Part shown: one piece after another, positions 15,373 through 23,755 of the stretch | Numbering within the stretch: the first letter of the stretch is position 1 | How the letters are laid out: each line of letters begins with the position of its first letter | DNA from: a virus | Lineage: Duplodnaviria; Caudoviricetes | Reading direction: 5' to 3' (one strand) | Virus record (IMG/VR): IMGVR_UViG_3300048057_000022 | Span: 1-62,465 of that record | Length of the DNA: 62,465 nucleotides | Position numbers and translations under genes: made by a program | Notes under the pieces: model-generated | What the model was told of the DNA's origin: nothing | What the model saw: only the letters and a program-made list of their open reading frames with translations | The model's database searches: none

Positions 15373-16168
15373 AGTAACGGGACGAGAAGGCGCCCTCGCG
15401 GCGATACTGGAGGAGCGGCCCTCGTGGGCCAACAACCTTATCCTGGCCGGGATTCGCGGGTCTGACGCCCATGGCACGAAGCTCCCACCGTATCACCCGA
15501 TGGCCACGGACGACACCGACACCTTTGGTGTCTCAGTCCAGACAACGGACTGGTACCTGGGCCTAGGGGGTTACCACAACTCCGGGCGGCAGCATTGGGA
15601 CACGGCTGGCGACGACTACGACCATCTGATCTACGACGTGCGGAATCTGTTTGGCCTGCTCTCCAAGGGAAACCCTAACGTCCAAGGCTGGCTGTGGTCG
15701 GAGCCAGAGGACCACCTCCTGGTGACGGGTCCGGGGCGGCTGATCCTAGAGAATCGGAAGCTATTCCTCTCCAGGGCGTGCATCAAGGCCCTGACCGGCT
15801 ACGCCTACGCCCAGATGAAGAAGATGGACAAGTCCCAGTACCAAGGATACATGGGCGAGAAGCGGAAGAGGATCGTCGATAAGATGGGTTATGACGTCAA
15901 GCACGCGGCCCACTGCGTCCGGCTCCTCCAGATGGGCATCGAACTAATGGAAACGGGAGAGATGCGAACCCGGAGGCCAGCCGACGAAGCCGAGACTTTG
16001 AAGGACATTAAAGCCGGGGAGTGGGGGTTTAGGGATGCCGAAGCACTGATCCAAGTCCTCTGGGACAGAAGCCGAGAGCGTGAGGGCGATCTTGACCTAC
16101 CCGACTTGCCCGACAGGGACACCGTGAACGACCTGCTGGTTCACGTTATTTCCTGGGCCAACAAATGA
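15359..16168 (+). CDS. DNA polymerase beta-superfamily nucleotidyltransferase (YcgL/RlaP-like)
   Basis: GS.AHGT..DDTD, KGNPN, GYA..Q and GYDVKHAAH.VRLL motifs. Confidence 0.85.
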   Translation: MGKTEVTGREGALAAILEERPSWANNLILAGIRGSDAHGTKLPPYHPMATDDTDTFGVSVQTTDWYLGLGGYHNSGRQHWDTAGDDYDHLIYDVRNLFGLLSKGNPNVQGWLWSEPEDHLLVTGPGRLILENRKLFLSRACIKALTGYAYAQMKKMDKSQYQGYMGEKRKRIVDKMGYDVKHAAHCVRLLQMGIELMETGEMRTRRPADEAETLKDIKAGEWGFRDAEALIQVLWDRSREREGDLDLPDLPDRDTVNDLLVHVISWANK

Positions 16169-16377
16169 TGGGCACGTTGAATCGAGATGTTGACGTACCG
16201 TCGTCTCGTCCCGGCACCATGATGCACGTCCCCAAGGGAACCAGGGTAGGGTTGATCTGGTGGATCACTATCGACACCCGGCCACCCACGAAAGGCGCCG
16301 TAGTTGAAACTGACTTCGGCGCAGAACTTTGTGTTCCAGGTGGGACCGTTGACTGGGACCTCCCATCACTGTTATAA
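16165..16377 (+). CDS. hypothetical protein
   Basis: ATGA overlap with the upstream gene. Confidence 0.45.
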   Translation: MMGTLNRDVDVPSSRPGTMMHVPKGTRVGLIWWITIDTRPPTKGAVVETDFGAELCVPGGTVDWDLPSLL

Positions 16378-16385
16378 TTATAACA
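16349..16385 (+). promoter_or_regulatory. recombinase promoter overlapped by a perfect 16-bp palindrome
   Basis: TTGACT-N18-TATAAT; TGTTATAATTATAACA at 16370-16385. Confidence 0.75.
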
Positions 16386-16397
16386 CGGAACTTCTAA

Positions 16398-17579
16398 ATG
16401 GGGGAAGAAATGTTTGGGCCATCTGAGATCAGGGAGCGAATTCAAGGGGACAAGGACCCGATGCGACGAGCGATAGCTTACCTAAGCTACGCTGGCCTCG
16501 GTGCCGGGGAGATCCACCGACTCGGGTGGAACTCGATGCAGGCACAGTCAGTAAGGTTACCACGACCCTCTGACAGTCACGGTCTGGGGATCAGTTACGA
16601 CCAGGCGAGGGCGCTGCTTTCTTCTGTGGAGGAGGCCGGGAACCTCCGGGATCAGATCATCGTGGAGGCCGGGCTGGCGTGCGGGCTGCGACAGATCGAG
16701 CTTCGGCGCCTCCTGATCGTGGACATTCAACGCAGGAACGGCCGGATGTTCCTGTCCGTTAAGGGGAAGGGGGGAGGCAGGCGGGTTGTGTATGTTCCTA
16801 GGCCCCTCCAGGAACGGATCACCCGCCTTGTGACTAGCGGTGAGCGCTACCTAAAACGAACCAAGACGGTCGGCGGTTCTCACCCTAGTCGCCCCCTCTT
16901 CCAGTCCTACACTGGTGGGCCCCTCTCCGAATGTGGGATGAGGCGCATCATCAACCGCCATCTGAAGAAGGTGGCCCCCGACGCTACGGCCCACGGACTG
17001 AGGCACACCTGCGTCACCTGGCTCCTGAATAGCGGCGCGACCCTGGAGCAGGCCATGGAGATCGCGGGCCACACTGAGGCCGGTAGTCACGAACTCTATG
17101 CGGCTGCCGGCGGCGACTGGTTCGTGGGGGCCTGGAGAAAGGCTCATCCGATCGCACAGTGGGGGGTCGGTGTGGGATACGCCCACGTTGCCGGGAGAGA
17201 GTACACTCGTCGCATGTCCAGGGGCACCGAGAGGGTGGTGCCCGTCCCCACGGAGATAGTAAGCGCCGTCCTTGCGGGCTTTCACGAGGGAGGGCTCCCG
17301 AGGGACACCGTGTCCAAGAAAATGATGGCCTGGATCTTCAGCGACCTGGACTACGACCCGTCGATGCTACGGAAGGCTGGGGCCATTCACATGGCAGAGG
17401 CCGGGGCGCACCCGTTCCTAATTTCCCTGGTCCTGGGGGTCACTCCCGGCTATGTGGTGGACAGCAAGTTCGATAGGATGGGGCCGAAGGCCGAGGAGGA
17501 GAGGGTGGACGCCATCGAGCGGGCCTGTGAGCGCCTCTATGAGGCCGAGAACGTTGACCTAGAGCTTAGGTCGGCCTAA
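16398..17579 (+). CDS. tyrosine recombinase (XerC/D-like catalytic domain nested in a degenerate second copy)
   Basis: Intact CGLRQIE, KGKGG, HGLRH, AGH and LY; flanks AGLGAGEI and PSMLRKAGAIHM..AGA...ISLVLG. Confidence 0.85.
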   Translation: MGEEMFGPSEIRERIQGDKDPMRRAIAYLSYAGLGAGEIHRLGWNSMQAQSVRLPRPSDSHGLGISYDQARALLSSVEEAGNLRDQIIVEAGLACGLRQIELRRLLIVDIQRRNGRMFLSVKGKGGGRRVVYVPRPLQERITRLVTSGERYLKRTKTVGGSHPSRPLFQSYTGGPLSECGMRRIINRHLKKVAPDATAHGLRHTCVTWLLNSGATLEQAMEIAGHTEAGSHELYAAAGGDWFVGAWRKAHPIAQWGVGVGYAHVAGREYTRRMSRGTERVVPVPTEIVSAVLAGFHEGGLPRDTVSKKMMAWIFSDLDYDPSMLRKAGAIHMAEAGAHPFLISLVLGVTPGYVVDSKFDRMGPKAEEERVDAIERACERLYEAENVDLELRSA

Positions 17580-17619
17580 TTTTACTCAGTGGTCGGCGCC
17601 CCTTCCCCTATGCCGACTC

Positions 17620-17655
17620 GGCCCTGACGTTATCCCTCTGACGTCGGGGCCCTTT
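17620..17655. terminator. hairpin between convergent operons
   Basis: GGCCCTGACGT-N10-ACGTCGGGGCC followed by CTTT. Confidence 0.55.
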
Positions 17656-17657
17656 CC

Positions 17658-18164
17658 TTACTGTCCCACCCATCCGTGATGGGCAGCCCACAGCGCGTCA
17701 GCCATGTTGTCGGTAAGCCTCTTCCGCTTATCCCACGGCCTTGGCTGCCTGAAACCACCGTGCCTCTGCCAGCGCCACTCCACCGACGCCATAACGTGGT
17801 ACTTCTTCGCCTTTCCGTGCCCCGCAGCCCACTTCTTCAGCGTCCCAATCGGTAGGCCGTAGTACGGGATGCCCCTGTCCTCAAGCTCGGCCAGTAGGAT
17901 TCCCTTCTGGCCCTCAATGTAGGATTGCCCACGGGTGAACCGGACGGACTCGTACACCAGCAGGTTGGGCTCCTCTCGGTCCAGGAATCCCCTCAGCCAG
18001 TTCCGGTAGGTGTGGTAGATCATCCCAGCACTGGCGTTAGTGAGGGCGTCGTTCCCTGCGCTCTCTTCGCCGAAGCCAATGTCCGGGGTGCCGCCCCTAG
18101 TGAGAGCGAGCAACGCCCAACCCCAGGTCTTCCCTAGATCCTGCCCCGCAACCTTGAGCTTCAT
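17658..18164 (-). CDS. ruvC: RuvC-like Holliday junction resolvase
   Basis: GQDLG, LVYE, TLKKWAAGHGKA.K and DNMADA. Confidence 0.8.
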   Translation of the reverse strand: MKLKVAGQDLGKTWGWALLALTRGGTPDIGFGEESAGNDALTNASAGMIYHTYRNWLRGFLDREEPNLLVYESVRFTRGQSYIEGQKGILLAELEDRGIPYYGLPIGTLKKWAAGHGKAKKYHVMASVEWRWQRHGGFRQPRPWDKRKRLTDNMADALWAAHHGWVGQ

Positions 18165-18166
18165 GG

Positions 18167-19507
18167 CTACTCCTTATGAGTCTCTAGGAACTTCATCGTC
18201 TTGTCCCGGAACATCATGTGGACCGTTCCGGTTGGGCCATTCCGGTTCTTCGCCAGGTGCAACTCGGCCTTGCCTTCCGTGCTGTTCCCCGTGTGTGGGT
18301 CGTTAGCAAAGTAGTAGCCGGGGCGATAGAGGAACATCGCCAGATCCGCGTCCTGCTCGATAGACCCCGACTCACGCAGGTCGGATAACTGTGGCCTCTT
18401 ATTCTCGCGCTGCTCCGGGGATCGGTTTAGCTGACTGACGGCGATCACTGGTATGCCCAACTCCCTGGCCATGGCCTTGAGCCCCCTGGATATGTAGCCC
18501 ACCTCCTCGTTTCGGTTGTCCACCTTGCGGGGTCCGTCCATCAACTGAAGGTAGTCTACGATCAGTAGCTTGAAGTTGCATTTTGCCATTTCTCGCCTGG
18601 CCTTCGCCCTCATCTCCAGAACCCTGGCTCCCGGATGGTCGTCCATCAGTATCATGCTTTTGTCCAAGACCTGGCTCGCCCTGTAAAGCTGCATGGTGTC
18701 GTCACCACGTAAGCGGTTGGGGTTCTTTAGCTTCTGCGCGTCGAGCCCCGTCCTCAGAGACAGTAGGCGCATCATAAGCTCGTCCTTGCTCATCTCTAGG
18801 GAGAAGATCATCACCGGCTCCTCCAGGACCGTGCCGACGTAGTCCATGATGTTCATAACCAGGGCCGTCTTTCCCATGGAGGGTCGGGCCGCAATGACAA
18901 TGAGTTCCCCAGGCTGGAAGCCCCCGGTCATGTGGTCGAGGAACTTGTACCCGGAAGGGAGCCCCCAAAGCTCACGGTCGGACTTTGACCGCTCCTCTAT
19001 CCGCTCCACCACGTTGTAGATGAGTGACGACACCATCTGAGGGCGCCCAGCCGACACGTTGTGGGCGATCTTGTAAATCTCCTGCTCGGTCTTCTCAAGT
19101 ATCTCCGAGACGGGGCCTCCGGCGTCGTCCTCTAGGTCCATTATCGCTGAACGGCAAGCTCTGGCCAGGGCCCGACGTGATGCGGCCTCTTTGACCAGGT
19201 TGGCGTGGTGCGTGACGTTGTCCGAGGTTGGGACGCCGCCAATGAGTTCGGACACGAGGCCAGCAACGTTGATCTCCTCCGAAAGGCCCTTGGTTCTGAG
19301 CGCGTCCAGCAGGGTAATCGGATCAACAGGGACGCCCCTCTCGAATAGGCCCTGCATGGCCTCGAAGGCTGCCTCGTGCCGCTTCCAGGCGAAGTCGGAG
19401 GGCTGGAGAACCTCGATGGCCTCCATCAGGGGCTCGTCGCCCATGAGCATGGCCGCCAGGACAGAGAACTCGGCACGCTCTACGTGCTCGTCAGGCTGGT
19501 GGCTCAC
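18167..19507 (-). CDS. dnaB: replicative DNA helicase
   Basis: AARPSMGKT, FSLEMS, VDYLQL, SQLNR, SDLRESGSIEQDAD and KNRNGPTG. Confidence 0.97.
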   Translation of the reverse strand: MSHQPDEHVERAEFSVLAAMLMGDEPLMEAIEVLQPSDFAWKRHEAAFEAMQGLFERGVPVDPITLLDALRTKGLSEEINVAGLVSELIGGVPTSDNVTHHANLVKEAASRRALARACRSAIMDLEDDAGGPVSEILEKTEQEIYKIAHNVSAGRPQMVSSLIYNVVERIEERSKSDRELWGLPSGYKFLDHMTGGFQPGELIVIAARPSMGKTALVMNIMDYVGTVLEEPVMIFSLEMSKDELMMRLLSLRTGLDAQKLKNPNRLRGDDTMQLYRASQVLDKSMILMDDHPGARVLEMRAKARREMAKCNFKLLIVDYLQLMDGPRKVDNRNEEVGYISRGLKAMARELGIPVIAVSQLNRSPEQRENKRPQLSDLRESGSIEQDADLAMFLYRPGYYFANDPHTGNSTEGKAELHLAKNRNGPTGTVHMMFRDKTMKFLETHKE

Positions 19508-19865
19508 CCGTGAAGCCCTCCCTTTGGTAAGAGTCGTAATTGATGATAAAGATTATCTTCCCGGTCTGGTTGGATGTCTCGTGGTCTATGCAGTCGATCC
19601 TCTCTTCAATCTCTAGTTTTTTAAGGAATAAGCGAACCTTGTTGCGGCTCCATCGCCAGCGTCTCGTGAGATACGAGTCGGAGGCCACAAGTTCGCCACG
19701 CCGGAGGGGTACTTCGAACCCGACGACCAACCGCGTGGTCTTGCGATGTGCTGCCAAGAAGAGGAGGTCTATCCACGCCTCCGCTTTGGAGAAAACCCTA
19801 CTCTCCGTCCACATCTCGCTGGTCACGAACTTCCGGCTCATCTTCATGAAGCCGAAGTTCTTCAC
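19491..19865 (-). CDS. phage replication-initiator N-terminal (wHTH) domain only
   Basis: GFMKMSRK..EAWIDLL.LA..RGELV.S...L..RW.WSR.KV..FL..LE...I.I.NYD.YQ; directly upstream of dnaB. Confidence 0.75.
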   Translation of the reverse strand: MKNFGFMKMSRKFVTSEMWTESRVFSKAEAWIDLLFLAAHRKTTRLVVGFEVPLRRGELVASDSYLTRRWRWSRNKVRLFLKKLEIEERIDCIDHETSNQTGKIIFIINYDSYQREGFTGEPPA

Positions 19866-19876
19866 TTACTCTCCCG

Positions 19877-19934
19877 AAGGTACAGCGTTCGTGTAGGTAG
19901 TGGTTGGGTTTACCGCCCATTGGGGTACAGCGTT
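19877..19934 (+). promoter_or_regulatory. two GGTACAGCGTT direct repeats upstream of the initiator gene
   Basis: Copies at 19879-19889 and 19924-19934. Confidence 0.55.
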
Positions 19935-19946
19935 TCCGTTGTCCAC

Positions 19947-21272
19947 TTAGGAGGCGTTTTCGACGGCCTGCTGGGGCTGGTAAAGCTCCCATAGCACCCT
20001 CTTTAGGTCGTTCTCCGCCTTCCTCGCAGTGATCCCCGCGCTGAGTCTCATCCCCACAAACTCCTGGGTCTGTTCGGACACCTTCGGGGCGTACTTTCTG
20101 AGGTACTTGGTGAGGGTGGCCAGGGCCTCGTCCTCGCCCATGTCTTGGACCGAGTTCATGATCTTGGCGTGCAGCGCCTTCGCCTCCTCCTTCCAGGCGT
20201 TCGCGTCCACCACCACCTCCTCCTCCTCCTCGGCCGGCCCCCCCCCTTCCCCCGAGTCGGCCGCATCGCCCGGCTTGTCGGCGCTATTCTCGGCGTCCCA
20301 ATACTCACGAGATAGTTTTTCACTCTCCTCGACGGCAGCGACAAACTCGGGGCCTTCGCTCTCCCCCTCGGCACCCACGACCTCGTAGTCTGCGTCCAGG
20401 GCAACGCCAAGCTCCTCCTTCAGTGTATCGAGCGTCTCTTGGCTCTGGACCGACGCCTCGACGCCCTCCTCCGGGAAGAACTCGCCCGCGATGTCCTCGA
20501 CCTCCTCTAGGTCGCGCTCTTGCTGGTCCTTCAGCACCTCCCCAGCGAGAAGCCTTAGTTCTCCCCTGGCCAGGTCCAGTTGACGCTTGGAGTCCACCAT
20601 CCTCATTGCCGCGTCTTCGAGGGACATGGCCAACACGAGGCCAACCTTCCAGGACGTGCTGACTAGTGCCTTGCCGCCGTCCTTGTATTGGTCCTCAGAC
20701 GGGTACATCACGAGTTTGACGGGAGCCTGGAAGAGGGTACCGAACCGCTCAAATATCTCCTGGAGGGCGGTCTGAATGTTGTTTACCGACTCCCAGGAGG
20801 TCGTGCGGAAAGTGTGGTAGCCCATGACGTGGCCCGACGCCCACAACTGAAGATGAAGGCGACCGTAGGGCTTACATGGGCATTCACCACCCTCCAGCTT
20901 CTTGCATGGCGTGGCCTTCCCGCTCCCCAGTTCGGTTCGCACCTCGCCGTCACAGGTAGACTCTTTCTTGGTCTTCCCTTTATAGAAGGCCATCTCGGAA
21001 TGGAAGTTCTCCTCCGGCGTCTCGTACATGAGCACGCCAGCAAGCTCCAGGGGGCTATCGCCAACGTCGGGGTGGCTGTGGACGGCGTCGTCCCTGACGA
21101 AGTTGCCGTCAGCGCCGCGTGCCCTGGACGTCACCTGGAAGTGGTCGTACTTAACGGGCAGTTGGTACTTCACGCCCCCCTGTCCCGCCCTTTCCGCCCC
21201 CTTCCCGCCGATCTTGATCTTCCCTAGCTCCTGTGGACGACGCTTCAGCATCTTCCTACTAATGAGAGCCAT
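19947..21272 (-). CDS. Gp3-like (recombination-directionality-factor-like) protein with acidic C-terminal extension
   Basis: ELGKIKIG.K..P.K.DHF.VT, CDG, C.CKP.GRL, G...FRTTSW.S motifs; adjacent to YqaJ. Confidence 0.7.
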   Translation of the reverse strand: MALISRKMLKRRPQELGKIKIGGKGAERAGQGGVKYQLPVKYDHFQVTSRARGADGNFVRDDAVHSHPDVGDSPLELAGVLMYETPEENFHSEMAFYKGKTKKESTCDGEVRTELGSGKATPCKKLEGGECPCKPYGRLHLQLWASGHVMGYHTFRTTSWESVNNIQTALQEIFERFGTLFQAPVKLVMYPSEDQYKDGGKALVSTSWKVGLVLAMSLEDAAMRMVDSKRQLDLARGELRLLAGEVLKDQQERDLEEVEDIAGEFFPEEGVEASVQSQETLDTLKEELGVALDADYEVVGAEGESEGPEFVAAVEESEKLSREYWDAENSADKPGDAADSGEGGGPAEEEEEVVVDANAWKEEAKALHAKIMNSVQDMGEDEALATLTKYLRKYAPKVSEQTQEFVGMRLSAGITARKAENDLKRVLWELYQPQQAVENAS

Positions 21273-22387
21273 TAGAATTCCTCCGGGTTTGGTGCGAACA
21301 CGTCTACCTTAACCTTCTCGCTGGTAGCAGTGCTGTACTTGAAATCGTCTGAGTCTGGGTCCAGGAACTTCAGCGCCCGGAGGTCCATCCTCCTCTGCGC
21401 GAGCTTATAGGCGGCACGGAATTTCTTCCAGTCCGTCCTACGTTGGGACGCGGTACTTTTTCGGGTCACCTTCACACCGTTACCGGCGACGTGCTGGTCC
21501 CCCTCGCCAAGCAGCGCCACCAGCTTCTCTTCCGACTCGGTTCGGATCTCCTCCGCCTCTATGGCCTCGTAGTGCTTCTGAATCAGGACAGAGGACCACA
21601 TCATCCACTCCTCGTCGTCCCGAACTGTAGCCTCCCCAGGGATGGGGTCTGGCCACTTGGCCGGAGGTGGCGCCTCTCTCTCTGGGCGCACTTCTTTGTC
21701 TACGTGCTGCTCCAACCACTCGTTGGCAGATTTCAGCAGCCACGCACAAAAATCCCAGTCCGTCAGGACCGGGAAGGCGACCAGGTCATCGTACTCTGGG
21801 GTGTAGAAAGAGAAGAAGCCCCAGTCTAGGCCCGTGACGAGGCCGTGGGTCTGCGCCTGGATGATGTGAGCGCGGGGCAGCCCCTCTTCCTTGAACCGAT
21901 AGAAGCGTGGGATTCTCGGCACCTTCAGTTCCATCCAGCCGTGGCCGGAGAACTTGGTCACGGGGCTCCACAACTCCGACTCCCTCACGGCCTCTGGCCA
22001 CTTCCCCTCGCCAGGGTTGATGACGAGCCCGTCCGTATCGGTGACGATCCTCGGATTGTCCGGGTGGTGAACCATCGGCAGGGCTATGGCTTCGAGGCCC
22101 GTGCGCTCCACAAACGTCTGCCGTGCAATCTTCTCCTGTTTGATCCCACGGCGTATGTCCCCGCCTTCCGCGTCATCCCAATCGCCGAGAACAATCCGGT
22201 CCCAGATGTTCCACGGCTCCCGGTACTCGTCCTGTCCGAAGATCGCTGGCATGTCCGAAGATCCAAGGCACGGCCTACGCGCCACCTTCCACGCCTCCCG
22301 GTTCACCATCGGGTTCACCTGGTTACCACGGCCGTCCCTTACAATACGCCTCAGCAGTTCTCCTGCTGGATGGGCTGCGTCACTCAC
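21272..22387 (-). CDS. YqaJ/lambda-exonuclease-family 5'-3' exonuclease
   Basis: W..ARR..LGSSD, RG...E, DTDG, ELK and QAQ motifs. Confidence 0.85.
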   Translation of the reverse strand: MSDAAHPAGELLRRIVRDGRGNQVNPMVNREAWKVARRPCLGSSDMPAIFGQDEYREPWNIWDRIVLGDWDDAEGGDIRRGIKQEKIARQTFVERTGLEAIALPMVHHPDNPRIVTDTDGLVINPGEGKWPEAVRESELWSPVTKFSGHGWMELKVPRIPRFYRFKEEGLPRAHIIQAQTHGLVTGLDWGFFSFYTPEYDDLVAFPVLTDWDFCAWLLKSANEWLEQHVDKEVRPEREAPPPAKWPDPIPGEATVRDDEEWMMWSSVLIQKHYEAIEAEEIRTESEEKLVALLGEGDQHVAGNGVKVTRKSTASQRRTDWKKFRAAYKLAQRRMDLRALKFLDPDSDDFKYSTATSEKVKVDVFAPNPEEF

Positions 22388-22456
22388 TGTAGCTCCCCCT
22401 AATGGGACCGCTGACGGCTTGCGGGCTCGTCCCGAAGCGCCCCCGGCCTCCCCCTC

Positions 22457-22750
22457 CTACTTGCCGTCCGCGCCTGCGTGCTCCCTGTGGACGTCAATGA
22501 GGCTGTCTATCTGCTCGATCTTCAGCCCCAGCACCTTGGCCAACCTCTTCCGCACCTTGGGCAGCCTCCGCCCGGAGTATCCGAGTAAGCACATCGACAC
22601 CTCTTCCTGTCGGAAGCCGTACCGCCTCGCAAACTCGGCAAGCGACACGTCCAGGAGCATCCTGACCGTTTCGGTCAAGGTGAACCCGGATTTGATTGAA
22701 TCGGCGATTGTGGCAAGGGTCCTGGCCTGCTTTTCCTCGTGGGTAGTCAT
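22457..22750 (-). CDS. XRE-like HTH transcriptional regulator
   Basis: SLAEFARRYGFRQEEVSMCLLG...KRLAKVLG; first gene after a promoter. Confidence 0.75.
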   Translation of the reverse strand: MTTHEEKQARTLATIADSIKSGFTLTETVRMLLDVSLAEFARRYGFRQEEVSMCLLGYSGRRLPKVRKRLAKVLGLKIEQIDSLIDVHREHAGADGK

Positions 22751-22782
22751 TCTCCCCCCATGTGGCAGTGTTCAACGTATGT

Positions 22783-22811
22783 ATGTTATACGTCTAACGC
22801 CCGCCCGTCAA
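22783..22811 (-). promoter_or_regulatory. promoter of the replication/recombination operon with operator dyad
   Basis: TTGACG-N17-TAACAT on the minus strand; TGTTATACGTCTAACG at 22784-22799. Confidence 0.7.
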
Positions 22812-22856
22812 CTGGACGATGCGCCACTGCCACACCCACGGATGTCGCTTCTAGTC

Positions 22857-23084
22857 CTACTTGGGCTTACTACAGAACTGGTCTGCCAGGGCCGTCAGGC
22901 ACGCGGCGGCCACGTTGAGCCCAGGCTTTACCCACCACCTCCAGAACGGCAGGCCCTCGCCAGCCTTCTTTAGGATTGCGGCGGCCTCCCTCAGCCCCCT
23001 GCACCACCCCTTGTCTGGGGACACCTCGTCTGGAGCAACATTGATGGCAATGGCCAAGCCCAGCTTTTTCTCAGACGTCTTCAT
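22857..23084 (-). CDS. small basic lysis-cassette protein
   Basis: Follows the holin-like gene; amphipathic, PFWRWW motif. Confidence 0.55.
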   Translation of the reverse strand: MKTSEKKLGLAIAINVAPDEVSPDKGWCRGLREAAAILKKAGEGLPFWRWWVKPGLNVAAACLTALADQFCSKPK

Positions 23085-23304
23085 CGTCCTCCCTTTGTAA
23101 GAGCTTCTCGATGGGATCTAAAATTATCCCAGGCAGTGCCTTGTCGAGTTGCCGCCTGATGAACCACAAAGACACCCTGTTCTTTACGGTCCCAGGAATG
23201 TTTTCGTTGTCCTCGATCCACTTGATGATGATGTCGATGAGTTCGTCCGTGCGGTCCTCGGACACCACCTTCCGCAGATACCCCATTACCTCCGTGCGTT
23301 TCAT
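23071..23304 (-). CDS. hypothetical lysis-cassette protein
   Basis: ATGA coupling with the holin gene. Confidence 0.6.
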   Translation of the reverse strand: MKRTEVMGYLRKVVSEDRTDELIDIIIKWIEDNENIPGTVKNRVSLWFIRRQLDKALPGIILDPIEKLLQREDDEDV

Positions 23305-23663
23305 GGCTTCTTCTTAATCGCGGCTGGCTTGCTTACTGGACCAGGTGGCGTCTTTTTGATGTATTTGTGCCCAACTGTCGCGACAACCCAGGTCAGCAGC
23401 GCGGTCAGTAGGGCGCCCAAGTCGGCCTGGGTAATGGCTCCAATATCGGTGTTGATGGCAATCTGCAAAAAACCGGCCAGGGCCGTCAGGATGGTCGAGC
23501 CTATGAAGGTTAGGGCCCTCTGCGTGGCCCTGCTCTGTTGGTCAACCCAAACCAGAAGCTGTTTTAATTTGTTGAAGAGAGGAATCAGTAGCAGGCCCAC
23601 TATGATGGCGGTTACGCCGTACTGCTGCCACATACCAATAAGAAATTCGGGAACAGCGTCCAT
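23301..23663 (-). CDS. putative holin
   Basis: Three hydrophobic segments and a basic C-terminus; next to the endolysin. Confidence 0.65.
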   Translation of the reverse strand: MDAVPEFLIGMWQQYGVTAIIVGLLLIPLFNKLKQLLVWVDQQSRATQRALTFIGSTILTALAGFLQIAINTDIGAITQADLGALLTALLTWVVATVGHKYIKKTPPGPVSKPAAIKKKP

Positions 23664-23755
23664 TACTTCCTCCTGTTTTTGTCGGGCCAGAACCAGCGCT
23701 TCAGGCCACGGAACACTCCAACCCAGCTTGCATAATACCTCTTCACCAATCTCAT
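23663..23755 (-). CDS. 30-aa cationic Trp-rich peptide
   Basis: AAGGAGG SD; MRLVKRYYASWVGVFRGLKRWFWPDKNRRK; TAATG coupling to the holin gene. Confidence 0.65.
   Translation of the reverse strand: MRLVKRYYASWVGVFRGLKRWFWPDKNRRK

Noticed and set aside
18167-19507. Intein or intron in DnaB or terminase
   Set aside because: Lengths and motif spacing are normal, with no splice motifs.
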